From the NCBI GenBank assembly GCA_040882355.1, contig JBBEBM010000057.1, forward strand, positions 6,823-70,822: DNA of 64,000 nt. The letters are read 5' to 3'. A program made the translations under genes and the position numbers. Of this stretch, positions 1 through 9,402 are shown in pieces (the first letter of the stretch is position 1; every line of letters begins with the position of its first letter). A model generated the notes under the pieces. That model was not told the DNA's origin and made no database searches. It was given only the letters and a program-made list of their open reading frames with translations. The DNA is from Dehalococcoidia bacterium (GTDB taxonomy: Bacteria; Chloroflexota; Dehalococcoidia; DSTF01; RBG-16-68-14).

Positions 1-53
1 AGACTGAGATCGACACGGCGCGATCCACAGGCTGGCGCGACGAAAGGAGCACT

Positions 54-2003
54 ATGAAACGACGCATGGGACTGACGGACCGCGTTGAGGCGCGGAGACG
101 GTTGAGGTATACGGCCACGCTCCTGGCGCTCGTCGTAGTCGTTGGGTTGCTGGCCGTCCTGGTGCCGTGGCGCCAGGCTGAGGCCGAGACCATGACCGTC
201 ACGTTCGATCCGGCGCCGGCCCAGTTGCAGAGGCCGTTCGGCGGGCAGTACCCCGCGGGCGTGATCGACTGGGGCAGCGACGAGTGGTGGCTGTCGGCGC
301 CGTGGGAGCAGTTCACCACCAACAGTATCGGATTCAACGGGCGGGGCCGCACGACCGGCTCGTTCACCCTCCTGGACACGTGGTCGCTCGCTAGCGTAGA
401 CGTCGACAACGAATACCGCCAAACGACCCTGACCATCCGCTGCACAGGTCAGCCGGACAAGGTCGTCACGCTCGCGGCTCATGTCAAGACGACGGTGCAG
501 ACTGGTTGGACGGCGCCATGTTCGCCGGTGACGATCCTCAACACGAACGGGTGGGACACCAACTTCGACAACTTTGTGCTCGCCCGTGATGACGCTGGTG
601 GCGCGACTGCAACCGCCACGCAGACGCTGGAGCCAGGCGTGCCGACCGATACGCCAGCACCGACTGCCACGATTACGGCCACTCCCACGCCAACACCCAC
701 CCCGCCTCCGGCGGGCGTCCCGATGGCGATCAACATGGGTCAGCGTTTCCAAACGATCGACGGCTTCGGCGTGAACGTAAACCCTCTCAACTGGGAGGAC
801 GCTGAGCTGCAACCGGGGCTTGACCTCCTCTGGGAGATGGGAGCGCGCATCTTCCGCGTGGACCCGACGACCTTCAGCAACTGGGAAGACGAGAACGACA
901 ACGCCGACCCGGCTGTGATGGACACGACCTATTACAGCAGCGTCTACGAGCAACCCTGGGCCCATGAGCTCTGGGACACCATCGCCTACCTAAATGGCAA
1001 GGGCGCGACGGTGGTACTCGCGCCGTCCGGCATCGCGCCTGAGTGGATGGGCGGCCACTCCGTCAGTCCAGGAATGGAAGCGGAGTTCGCCGAGACGATC
1101 GTGTCCCTCCTGCGCTACGGGATGGTGGAGCGCGGACTGACCGTCCACTACCTGAGCCCGATGAACGAGACGAACACCTGCACGAACGAAGGCGTGTGCG
1201 CCAGCGCGACGCGCCACGCCGAGCTGGTGCGTGCCATCGCGGAGCGGCTTGATGCTGAGGGTCTGACCTCAGTGCGCCTGCTGGGGCCGGAGACCGCTGG
1301 CGTCGACGTAACCTACGCCGATGCCCTTTGCGCCGATCCGCTCATCGAGAGCAAACTGGACCATCTCACCTACCACCGGTACGACGGCGCGCCGTCCAGC
1401 GGCGCCGCGTGCGGGAAGAGCTTCTGGGTCTCCGAATGGTCGCAGTCGCAGACCGACGGCTTCCTCGACGACGGTCACCAGGTTGCCGACGAGTGGTCGT
1501 TCGCGCGCACCATGACGGCCAATCTCCTCCTCCACCTCTCCTTCGGGGTGGAGTCGGCACAGGCCTGGGACGCGTTCGACAACGTGCACCTGCACGCGGG
1601 CAACGGCCAGATCACGCGCTGGGGTCTCCTTGCGTACACGGGCGCCTGTCCGAACCCGCTCTCCTGCGAAGGGTCGTACGCGCCGAAGAAGCGCTACTGG
1701 ACGAACCGGCAGGTATTCGAGTTCGTTCCAGCCGGCGCGGAGCGCGTCGGCGTGGCTGAATCGGACGCCCAGTTGCAGGCCGTCGCGTTCGACGTCGCCG
1801 GCGAGCTGGTGATCGTGGGTCAGAACACGGGCCCGGCTCGGAACGTGACGATCACGGTGAACGGGGGCAGCGCGCCGCCGCTGCTGCGCCTCTACGAGAC
1901 GACGGCAACCGAGAACATGGCGCGCCGCGCCGACGTGGCCGCCTCCGACTCGACGTACACCGTGCCGGTTGCCTCGGATGGGTTCTTCACGCTCGTGCCG
2001 TAG
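54..2003 (+). CDS. Secreted clan GH-A glycoside hydrolase (GH30/GH5-like) with N-terminal unknown domain and Pro/Thr linker
   Basis: 649-aa ORF. N-terminal hydrophobic signal/anchor (LLALVVVVGLLAVLV) and a PT-rich linker (TPTPTPTPPPAG). The catalytic part shows QTIDGFG, MNETN (acid/base-like) and VSEWS (nucleophile-like) motifs. Confidence 0.6.
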   Translation: MKRRMGLTDRVEARRRLRYTATLLALVVVVGLLAVLVPWRQAEAETMTVTFDPAPAQLQRPFGGQYPAGVIDWGSDEWWLSAPWEQFTTNSIGFNGRGRTTGSFTLLDTWSLASVDVDNEYRQTTLTIRCTGQPDKVVTLAAHVKTTVQTGWTAPCSPVTILNTNGWDTNFDNFVLARDDAGGATATATQTLEPGVPTDTPAPTATITATPTPTPTPPPAGVPMAINMGQRFQTIDGFGVNVNPLNWEDAELQPGLDLLWEMGARIFRVDPTTFSNWEDENDNADPAVMDTTYYSSVYEQPWAHELWDTIAYLNGKGATVVLAPSGIAPEWMGGHSVSPGMEAEFAETIVSLLRYGMVERGLTVHYLSPMNETNTCTNEGVCASATRHAELVRAIAERLDAEGLTSVRLLGPETAGVDVTYADALCADPLIESKLDHLTYHRYDGAPSSGAACGKSFWVSEWSQSQTDGFLDDGHQVADEWSFARTMTANLLLHLSFGVESAQAWDAFDNVHLHAGNGQITRWGLLAYTGACPNPLSCEGSYAPKKRYWTNRQVFEFVPAGAERVGVAESDAQLQAVAFDVAGELVIVGQNTGPARNVTITVNGGSAPPLLRLYETTATENMARRADVAASDSTYTVPVASDGFFTLVP

Positions 2004-2509
2004 GTCGCCGGTGTGCCACGGGGCGCGTGCCTGGTGAAGTCTGGTCTGCGCCGATTGCGGGGAGGAGACGACGGTGCCGTTCGTGCCCCGGCTCAACCGG
2101 CCAGTGTACTGCGGTTCCTGCTTCCAACGGGACCGCTCCGGGGCGGTCGCCTGACCCGGCGCACGAGGTTCCTCCAAAAAACCGAAGGATCGCTGGCACG
2201 CTCGCAGTCGGGCTCGGCGACGTAACGGAGGACCTAAAGACGTTCAAGGAGATCATCGAGGACCAGGAGCCCGACAAGGACATCATGGTTCAGCGCGCGT
2301 CCGCCGGGTAACGCGGGGACGGACGGCACGCCACGGCACCGGGTGCCAGGAAACGAACCTCCCTCGTCGTTTGGCATTCGAATCCTTCGAGCGAGCCACA
2401 ATTGAATCTAGAGACCGCATGGATCAGGCGGCATGATTGAACATACGTTGAAATGAGTAGATAATTCAAAGGTAAATAGTTTATGGTCCCAGCTGAAGGG
2501 AGGGAGCCC

Positions 2510-3409
2510 ATGCTAAGTAACTGGCTCAAGCGGGCGGTCTTTGTGGGACTCGCCGCAGGAGCAGCGCTCTTTGCAGGTGCCTACCCGGCAGGCGCGGCAA
2601 CCGCGCCGTCATTGGGTTCGGCGCAGAGTTTCGCGGTCCTGGGTGGCACCACGGTGACCAATACCGGCCCGACCACCATCACCGGCGACCTCGGTGTCAG
2701 CCCGGGTTCCGCGATCACTGGCCAGGCGAGCATCACGCTCACGGGAGCGACGCACACAGCCGATGCGGTGGCTCTCCAGGCCCAGAACGATGTCACCGTT
2801 GCCTACGACGCGCTCACAAGCGAGCCGTGCACAGAGACGAACCTGGCGCTGAGCGGAGCGACGCTCACGCCGGGCGTGTATTGCTATACGTCGTCGGCTC
2901 AGTTGACCGGAACACTCACGCTCAACGGCGCTGGGGTCTACATTTTCAAGACAGTGAGCACGCTCACCACCGCAGTGGGCTCGACTGTGGCCTTGATCGG
3001 CGGCGCCCAGCCCTGCGACGTGTTCTGGCAGATCGGCAGCTCCGCGGACCTCTTTACAGACACGACGTTCGTAGGGAACATCCTCGCGCTCACGAGCATC
3101 AACCTGCAGAATGGCACAAGCATCGACGGTAGAGCCCTGGCACGAAATGGGGCCGTGACGATGGACAGCAACACCGTCTCCAACTCGAGCTGCGTCGCTG
3201 GGACAACGCCCACCACGACTCCGGCCGCGTCGACCCCTGGCGCGACCCCAACCGGCGCGACCCCGGCCGCCGGCTTCCCGCCCACCGGCGCAGGGGCCCA
3301 AGGGGATGATGGTATGCCCTGGGTAGAGGTCCTCGTCGCCTGGTCCCTGGCCGGCCTCGGCGTCCTGGCCCTGGCCCTCCGCCGTAGAGTGCGTAGCCAC
3401 CGCGCGTAG
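2510..3409 (+). CDS. Ice-binding-like (DUF3494) beta-solenoid surface protein with LPXTG-like sorting signal
   Basis: An internal ATG at 2510 follows a GGGAGGGAG Shine-Dalgarno. The signal peptide ends AGA/ATAP. Hallmark motifs are SAQSFAVLGGTTVTNTGPTTITGDLGVSPGSAITG and GRALARNGAVTM. The C-terminus is FPPTG, then a TM helix, then an RRRVRSHRA tail. Confidence 0.7.
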   Translation: MLSNWLKRAVFVGLAAGAALFAGAYPAGAATAPSLGSAQSFAVLGGTTVTNTGPTTITGDLGVSPGSAITGQASITLTGATHTADAVALQAQNDVTVAYDALTSEPCTETNLALSGATLTPGVYCYTSSAQLTGTLTLNGAGVYIFKTVSTLTTAVGSTVALIGGAQPCDVFWQIGSSADLFTDTTFVGNILALTSINLQNGTSIDGRALARNGAVTMDSNTVSNSSCVAGTTPTTTPAASTPGATPTGATPAAGFPPTGAGAQGDDGMPWVEVLVAWSLAGLGVLALALRRRVRSHRA

Positions 3410-3599
3410 GACGCGCCAGCGGCCAAGAACGATGTCGAGGATCAAGAGGCCGTAGAGGACATCAGGCTTCGGCTCGTCTCCGCAATGTAGGCCGGCGACG
3501 CTCGAGATGGGCCATTCCCTACTCACCTCAGTAGCTGGAACAGCTCGGTGCGCAGGCGGCGCGCACATTAGTGAAGGGATCCGTAGGGCCGAGACGCGC

Positions 3600-4307
3600 C
3601 TAGCGGGGTGCCGCCTCGGCAGGAGCCGGCAACTCGACAGCGTAGCCGGCGACCCAGGCGCCGTCGCCGTCCTCCCAGATCTCCTTCTTCCAGATCGGCA
3701 CGACCTGCTTGATCCGGTCGACGGCGTAGTGGCACGCCTCGAACGCCTCGCGCCGGTGCGGCGCGGAGACGGCGACGAGCAGGCTCGCCTCGCCGACGGC
3801 CAGCCGGCCGGTGCGGTGGTGGACGGCGATGGCGGTGATCGGGAAGTTGGCCTTCACCTCGTCCGCCACCTCGCGCAGCTTCTTCTCAGCCATCGAGGGA
3901 TAGGCGTCGTATTCAAGCGCCACGACGCGCCGGCCCTCGCTGTTATTGCGGGCGACGCCGTGAAACAAGACGACAGCGCCCGCCTCATCGACGCGCACGG
4001 CATCGAACAGCCGCTGCTGGTCGAGCGGGTCGGGCGTCACCAGAAACGCGTCGCCCTCACCGGCGCCGCCGCTGACGGGCGGGATGAGCGCGATGTCGTC
4101 GCCGTCGCTCAGCGGGTGCTCGGAGGGCACGAACTCCTCACCCACAGCGCAGACGAGCGTCGGCAGAAACGGCGTCACGATAGGGTACTGCTCACTGAGC
4201 CGGTCGCGCAGATCGGCCACAGTAGCGCCTTCTTTCAGCTCCAGCGTCACTTTGGGCTGGCCGAGCAGCTCCTTGAGACCGGCGAAGAGCGCAACTTCCA
4301 CCTTCAT
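3600..4307 (-). CDS. moaE: Molybdopterin synthase MoaD-MoaE fusion protein
   Basis: The N-terminal ~80 aa is ThiS/MoaD-like and ends in the diglycine motif PPVSGG. The remainder is MoaE-like (VVLFHGVARN..., AVHHRTGRLAVGEASLLVAVSAPHRREAFEACHYAVDRIKQVVPIWKKE). Confidence 0.85.
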   Translation of the reverse strand: MKVEVALFAGLKELLGQPKVTLELKEGATVADLRDRLSEQYPIVTPFLPTLVCAVGEEFVPSEHPLSDGDDIALIPPVSGGAGEGDAFLVTPDPLDQQRLFDAVRVDEAGAVVLFHGVARNNSEGRRVVALEYDAYPSMAEKKLREVADEVKANFPITAIAVHHRTGRLAVGEASLLVAVSAPHRREAFEACHYAVDRIKQVVPIWKKEIWEDGDGAWVAGYAVELPAPAEAAPR

Positions 4308-4311
4308 CGCA

Positions 4312-4785
4312 TCAGTCCGGCCGGAGCTGGCGGAGCAGGTTCGCCGTCTCGATCGCGCCCAAGGCCGCGTCGTAGCCTCGGTTGCCGATCTTGCCGCCGG
4401 AGCGCTCCATCGCCTGCTCCAGCGTGTTCGGCGTGACGACGCCGAACATCACCGGCACGCCCGTCTCCAGGGCCACCTGGGTGACGCCGCGCGCTGCCTC
4501 GCCCGCGACGAAGTCGAAGTGAGCGGTCTCGCCTCGAATCACTGCGCCCAGGCAGACGATTGCATCGTAGCGGCGGCTCTCTGCGAGCCTCTTCGCGATC
4601 AAGGGCAACTCGAAGGCGCCGGGCACCCAGGCGACGTCGACGTCCTCGTCGCGCACGCCATGCCGTTCGAGCGCCGTTCGCGCGCCTTCCAGCAGGCGCG
4701 TCGTGATCACCTCGTTGAAGCGCGCGACGATCACGCCGATGCGCAGGCCTGCGCCATGCAGTTCACCCTTGAATGTGGCGCCCAT
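4312..4785 (-). CDS. ribH: 6,7-dimethyl-8-ribityllumazine synthase
   Basis: 157 aa. The RIGVIVARFNEVIT...VPGAFELP...VICLGAVIRGETAHFDFV motif set is typical of RibH. Confidence 0.95.
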   Translation of the reverse strand: MGATFKGELHGAGLRIGVIVARFNEVITTRLLEGARTALERHGVRDEDVDVAWVPGAFELPLIAKRLAESRRYDAIVCLGAVIRGETAHFDFVAGEAARGVTQVALETGVPVMFGVVTPNTLEQAMERSGGKIGNRGYDAALGAIETANLLRQLRPD

Positions 4786-5216
4786 TGCGCGCTCAGCGTA
4801 TCACCCGCGTCCTGAGCGCGGCAACCAGGGCGGTCAGGAACCAGGACCCAGGAACCAGGAGCCCAGGCCCGCTCCGCCTCATCGTCGCGCGCCCACCGGC
4901 GCACGCCGCCGGTAGCGGCGACCTTCAGGTCGCCACCAGCGCCGCCCGCGCTCGCTGCGCCGCTCAGGCGCGACGGGCGCTTCTCCCGCGGGTCACGCGC
5001 ACCCCGCAGCTGCCGTCTGTCCGCAGCCGTCAGATGGCCGAGAGGAGCCTCGGAGAGTCCTCCCCTGCCGTGTAGCGGTGTGCGGTTAGGGGGATGGGGT
5101 GGGCCGGTTCATCGCTCGGCGTCCTTGAGAGGCATGACGTCGTTACTCCTGCAGCCGGCCCACACCCCTTCCTGGTCGCGCATGTCCTAGAAGGTGGGCG
5201 ATAATAGCCTCGCGGA

Positions 5217-6398
5217 CTAGGGGCCGATGCTCCATTTGATGATCAGCGGATCAAAGTCGGCGTCATAGCCCTCGTATACAACGAACTGCGGCGCCACGCC
5301 TTCGGGCACCTCAAAGGTAACCCAACCCCGGACGCAGTCATTAGCTAGAAGGTTCGTGCTGTTCAGCTCGGGCTCCTTCGCAGAGATGCCTGGCTCTAGG
5401 CGGCTGTTGTCTGGCATCTGCAAGCGAAAATCAAACGGGTTGACGGAGGCGGACTCTGGAGGATTGGCGCCAGTGCACATTTCGACGTCAATGGCCGCGA
5501 AGATGTTACCGGGATCTGGTCTGGAGAACTCGTTGGCCGAGGTCACGGGAGCGTCGTAGGAATAGACTATCAGGCTGATTCCTCCACTCGCCTCGACCTT
5601 GTCGCCGATGCTTGGCTGTTCCGCCACCGTCGGAGAGGCCGTCGGCGCAGCAACTGGAATATCTTCAGGGCTGCCTTGCTCGTCGTCGGCCTTTGAGCCC
5701 GAGGCAGCCAATCGTTCACGCACTCGCGACTCCACCAACGAGACGTATCCATCGAGCTCATCGCTGTCGAACGGGGAGAACACACTCTGGGCCTGGACAG
5801 CAAAACCAACTCGATCGATGAGGACGTTTACAACGTCGATGTACACGTCAGCCTCGCTGCCAAAGCCGGTCTCTCCCCTCGCGGCTACGTGGACCTTCAA
5901 GCGGTACGCGTCTGTTCTGTCTCCATGCGCTGGAAAAGACAGTGGGCTGAACGATGCGTCCGAGTAGGCGGCTTCCTGGTCGTCGAGACGACCGGCCTCA
6001 ACGACTTCTACCAGACAATCGCCGATTGACGATCTGTCGTCCTCTGCAGCGTTGGCCTGATCAGGGGTCTCAAACGTAGCTAGGCTCTGGGATATCGAGT
6101 CCGAGCCGCCGCTAGAGAAGCTTCCCGTTGCCGCCCTGCCCATTCGCCCGGCGGGCGTGTCAGGGGTGCAATCGTCGAATGGGCTGTCCTCATCGCTTTC
6201 AGGTTCCTCCGCCCATCCCGTAGGGAAGTCGCTCAGCAGAAGCAGCATTGACTCGGCTAGTTGATCTTCGTTGCTCGGCTCAGAAGTCTGGTCGTCACCA
6301 GGAGTTGTCTTGGCGCTGTCATTGCCGCCGCTTGTGCAGCCGATAAGTCCGCTCGCAATAGTCAGCATGACCGCCAATGAGATTAGCATCGTTCGCAT
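5217..6398 (-). CDS. Lipoprotein of unknown function (C-terminal DUF4352-like beta-sandwich)
   Basis: Signal peptide with lipobox LIGC. Acidic low-complexity N-terminal region. The C-terminal pattern (FAAIDVEMCTG...NPFDFRLQMPDNSRLEP...GWVTFEVPEG) resembles DUF4352. GC looks lower than in neighbouring genes. Confidence 0.65.
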   Translation of the reverse strand: MRTMLISLAVMLTIASGLIGCTSGGNDSAKTTPGDDQTSEPSNEDQLAESMLLLLSDFPTGWAEEPESDEDSPFDDCTPDTPAGRMGRAATGSFSSGGSDSISQSLATFETPDQANAAEDDRSSIGDCLVEVVEAGRLDDQEAAYSDASFSPLSFPAHGDRTDAYRLKVHVAARGETGFGSEADVYIDVVNVLIDRVGFAVQAQSVFSPFDSDELDGYVSLVESRVRERLAASGSKADDEQGSPEDIPVAAPTASPTVAEQPSIGDKVEASGGISLIVYSYDAPVTSANEFSRPDPGNIFAAIDVEMCTGANPPESASVNPFDFRLQMPDNSRLEPGISAKEPELNSTNLLANDCVRGWVTFEVPEGVAPQFVVYEGYDADFDPLIIKWSIGP

Positions 6399-6417
6399 GG
6401 ATCGCTCACCCTCTTGT

Positions 6418-6570
6418 TCACTTCCAAAGCCGACGCCAGAAACCGACCCTGCCCAGCGTCCGTCCCACCAGCTTGTTCTTGGCGCGACGGCCGATCTTCT
6501 TCGGGTCGCCAGACGCGACAGCCTTCGTGTCGGCCGACAGGCGGGCCAGCCGGTAGAGCCAGCTAGTCAT
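6418..6570 (-). CDS. Small basic hypothetical protein (~50 aa)
   Basis: The internal ATG at 6570 lies 2 nt after the stop of the upstream gene (TGAGCATG coupling). The peptide is [50 protein letters not shown]. Confidence 0.45.
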   Translation of the reverse strand: MTSWLYRLARLSADTKAVASGDPKKIGRRAKNKLVGRTLGRVGFWRRLWK

Positions 6571-6572
6571 GC

Positions 6573-6962
6573 TCACGGGTTGGCCCGTTCGAATCCGCAC
6601 TCCACTCCGCTACCAGTGCCGTCGAGTATGAAGTCCACGCAAGCCCGGACTCTGGCATCGCTTCCCTGAATCTGTTCAAACGGCCTGGCTTGACCCCAAC
6701 TGGTTATTGCGAACATTGCCACAAGGCGAGTGAGCGCGGCGTCGCGCGGCGCGGTGCTTGGGTTCGACAGCTGGGTGAGCTGACTGCCAAGTGTGTCGGC
6801 TCGGTTCTGGAGAGCAACGATGTCCGACCGGATCTCGGTCAGATCCGGCTCCGTTTGTTCCTCTATGACCCAGTGTGTGACCTTCGCATCGACAGCCACG
6901 ATTGCTAGAGCGATGACGGCTCCTGCGACCGCGGCAATAACAACGCTCACAGCGTTCGTCAT
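6573..6962 (-). CDS. Membrane-anchored hypothetical protein
   Basis: 129-aa ORF preceded by an AAGGAGGAG SD. One N-terminal TM helix ([18 protein letters not shown]) followed by a coiled-coil-like segment. Confidence 0.6.
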   Translation of the reverse strand: MTNAVSVVIAAVAGAVIALAIVAVDAKVTHWVIEEQTEPDLTEIRSDIVALQNRADTLGSQLTQLSNPSTAPRDAALTRLVAMFAITSWGQARPFEQIQGSDARVRACVDFILDGTGSGVECGFERANP

Positions 6963-6983
6963 GAATCCTACTCCTCCTTCGCA

Positions 6984-7408
6984 CTACTCGCCGACTCGGC
7001 CGTCACGATCCCGGTCGAGGTCGAACACGTCCGGTCCCACGACCTGCACCGGCCCCGTGTAGAGCGGGCCATTCCCTGAGCCACCAGCGCAGTCATAGTC
7101 GCTGGCACTCGGGTCGAGGCAAGCGCCCGCGTAGGACGGATGACAGTTTTGATTGCTGTGCGGGTGGCTGTGTCGGCTGAGGAGGCGGCGGAGCCGGCGT
7201 GTCCGTAGCAGCAGGTGGCGGCGGGACAGGCGTATCGGTAGCCGCCGGTGGTGGCTGAGCGTCCGCCGGTTCCTCCGTATCCGTCACCTCGACCGCCGTT
7301 CCTTCGGTGGCAGTAGGTCCCTCATCCGTCGAAGTCTCATCGTCACACGCGGCGGCGATGAAGAACAGGACCTAGGACGAGGATGAGTGAGAATAAGCGC
7401 GCCAGCAT
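6984..7408 (-). pseudogene. Lipoprotein with Pro/Thr-rich linker and Excalibur-like Ca-binding C-terminal domain, split over three reading frames
   Basis: Frame A encodes MLARLFSLILVLGPVL. Frame B encodes FFIAAAC-DDETS... plus the PT-rich tract of ORF 7093..7287. Frame C encodes NCHPSYAGACLDPSASDYDCAGGSGNGPLYTGPVQVVGPDVFDLDRDRDGRVGE and stops at 6984. Confidence 0.45.
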
Positions 7409-7655
7409 GGGCCGCTCCCCCTTTCGACCAAGATTCTGGCTCCGATTGTACTCCTTCGGCCAGAAAGGTCAAAGGGCGTTGCGATCCGTCCTGCTCCCGC
7501 CACCGCGGTCGCTCGAACTTCGAACCTCGAGAACCGTGCCACCCGCCCCTTCGCGCTCTGCCGCCCTGGCTCTACCCTGGACCTCCATGGCCCGTCCAGG
7601 GCAACCACGCCGAGACCGCCCGGACGCCAGAATCAAATCGAGGAGGAGATCAGTC

Positions 7656-8267
7656 GTGAGCGACGCAGAAAACACGATTTTGCCGAACCAACTGCCAGCT
7701 CCGGCGCAGCAGGACGAGCTGCCCGCGCCTCAAAGCAACCGGACCGGAGGCCCTGCCACCCCGCAGGGCAAAGCCACCAACTGGATCAAGCATCTCAGTC
7801 ACGGCCTCCGCTCCAACCGCCCCGTCATCCCCCACATGGAGGACGAGGGCGCCTGGTATCGCCATCTCGATGGCGTTCGCACCAGCCTCGCTCCGGAGGG
7901 CGCCATGGAGCACCTCTTCGTCGAGCGTATCGCCAGCCTCACCTGGCGCCTGTACCGCGTCATCCGGTACGAAGTGGTCGCCACCATGCACCACATCGGC
8001 GAGACGGAGACTGACCTCGCCATCGCGCAGGCCTACCTCTCGCGCAAGAAGGGCCCCCGCGAGGTCGACCCCGATCGGCTCCGCGCCCACCAGCAGAAGC
8101 GCATCGTGCCCGCATCGCCGGAGCTGGACAAGATCATGCGCTACGAGACCCACCTGCATCGCCAGTTCCTCCAGACCTTGCACGAACTCGAAGCCCTCCA
8201 GTCCCGCCGCAAGGGCGAGCCCGTCCACCTCGCCCGCGTCGATGTCGGCGCTGCCGCGCCGGACTAG
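7656..8267 (+). CDS. Hypothetical protein
   Basis: A GTG at 7656 is preceded by a strong AGGAGGAG SD. The upstream part of ORF 7383..8267 is Arg-rich and looks non-coding. The C-terminal region is helical (RYETHLHRQFLQTLHELEALQ). Confidence 0.55.
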   Translation: MSDAENTILPNQLPAPAQQDELPAPQSNRTGGPATPQGKATNWIKHLSHGLRSNRPVIPHMEDEGAWYRHLDGVRTSLAPEGAMEHLFVERIASLTWRLYRVIRYEVVATMHHIGETETDLAIAQAYLSRKKGPREVDPDRLRAHQQKRIVPASPELDKIMRYETHLHRQFLQTLHELEALQSRRKGEPVHLARVDVGAAAPD

Positions 8268-8368
8268 GCGCGTTGCGACACGAAAGGAGACCGCCCCCCA
8301 CTCGGGGATCGCGCCAGGTCGGCTCGCGGCAGCGTAGGGGCGGGTCTCAGACCCGCCCAGACAGGCGT

Positions 8369-8427
8369 CAGGAGACGATGCTGCGAAAGCGACGCGTGGC
8401 GAGCGTGAGGGTGACGGCGGCCAGGCC
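8369..8427. repeat. 59-bp direct repeat: relic copy of the 3' end of the ABC-2 permease gene
   Basis: Matches 9405-9463 with 2 mismatches. It encodes the same C-terminal peptide, LAAVTLTLATRRFRSIVS-stop, on the minus strand. Confidence 0.85.
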
Positions 8428-8444
8428 GACCAAGAAGGCCCTTC

Positions 8445-9191
8445 TCACTGCGCCCCTCCGAGAGCGAACGACCTGATAATGGCCTCCACGGTGGCTAGGT
8501 TGACATTCCCTTTCGGCACGACGTATCCAGTGAGCTTGATTACGGTGTCGGGCGAGAAGTCGATAATGTAGGACAAGCCGAGCCACTGCGCCCGCGAAGT
8601 AGGATTAATCCCCGACTGCCGGCACTCCACGGCGCGGTGCCCCAGAAGGGTGACGATGCCAGCCGTGTCGGGCCGGTCGGTCGGGAGCGACAGTGGGTCC
8701 GGGCGCTCGCAGTTTTCGATAATCGCATTCACAGGGAATCCGTCCGACCTCTCGAAGCTCACCTCGACGTCTGCCATGCCAGGTGTGCTGCCTTCGCCAG
8801 GCTGACCCGCGCTCCGCACGACTTCTGGGCTGATGACGCTGAGAGGCGGCTCCTCCTCCAGTGTCCAGTCCGGCGGGTACTTGAAGCTGTATCCATCGGG
8901 GCTGGTGTAGGTCTTCCAGTCCGACGTGTCGATGCCCGTGGGCGGCGTCGGGCTGGGCGCGAGGACATAGGTGGGGGTAATCGTTGGCTTGGCTGTAGGC
9001 CTGACCACCTGGTTCGGGGGCGAGAGGGCGGTGGAGGTGGCGGCGGGCGTGTCGCCGGTCTGGGCGCGGTCCGCGTCCTCTTCCTGACCAACCTGGACCG
9101 CGAGGTAGATGCCGGTCGCAAGCCCGCCTGCCGTCAGCGCAACCGCACCGACTTTGAGTAGTCCAGCCAATGCACTCGATAACATCGCCAC
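8445..9191 (-). CDS. Membrane-anchored extracytoplasmic protein (paralogue of 46565..47317)
   Basis: The N-terminal ~90 aa are nearly identical to ORF 46565..47317 (MAMLS.ALAGLLKVGAVALTAGGLATGIYLAVQVG.EEDA.RAQT...). DNA differences between the two copies are mostly synonymous. The C-terminal domains differ. Confidence 0.8.
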   Translation of the reverse strand: MAMLSSALAGLLKVGAVALTAGGLATGIYLAVQVGQEEDADRAQTGDTPAATSTALSPPNQVVRPTAKPTITPTYVLAPSPTPPTGIDTSDWKTYTSPDGYSFKYPPDWTLEEEPPLSVISPEVVRSAGQPGEGSTPGMADVEVSFERSDGFPVNAIIENCERPDPLSLPTDRPDTAGIVTLLGHRAVECRQSGINPTSRAQWLGLSYIIDFSPDTVIKLTGYVVPKGNVNLATVEAIIRSFALGGAQ

Positions 9192-9402
9192 CCGCTCCTT
9201 AACGCCATATCTGCCATGTGGCCCTCATCTCTGAGAGAGTAGCTACTATAGCACTATTGAGGGCGGGCCCGTCAACCCCCCGCGAGCGTCGTTTTTCGCG
9301 CGGTTCTTCCCTACGAACGCCTCGATCTCACCCACCTCGCCGTGCCGGAGGGGCGGGCGCTCTGGCGCGAAGCTGGCGTCACGCAGGAGGCGTCGATGTC
9401 CT

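Noticed and set aside
2370-2392. tRNA-like T-loop strings TTCGAATCC here and at 6585-6597
   Set aside because: The flanking bases cannot form a T-stem or acceptor stem, and the second site lies inside a coding ORF. No cloverleaf can be drawn.
4870-5060. FMN (RFN) riboswitch-like strings (CCCACCGGCG..., GCCGTCAGATGGCCGAGAGGAG) in the 430-bp spacer upstream of ribH
   Set aside because: The resemblance is on the plus strand, whereas ribH is on the minus strand and nothing is encoded downstream on the plus strand. The conserved AGUC.GGAUG core and the 5' GGGCAGGGUGAAAUUCCC segment are missing. In a high-GC spacer such partial matches are expected by chance. It still needs an Infernal check.
7093-7287. 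Pro-rich 64-aa ORF as a stand-alone gene
   Set aside because: It is the middle (linker) section of the three-frame lipoprotein/Excalibur gene. On its own it has no signal peptide or domain, and it ends in frame-shifted junk.
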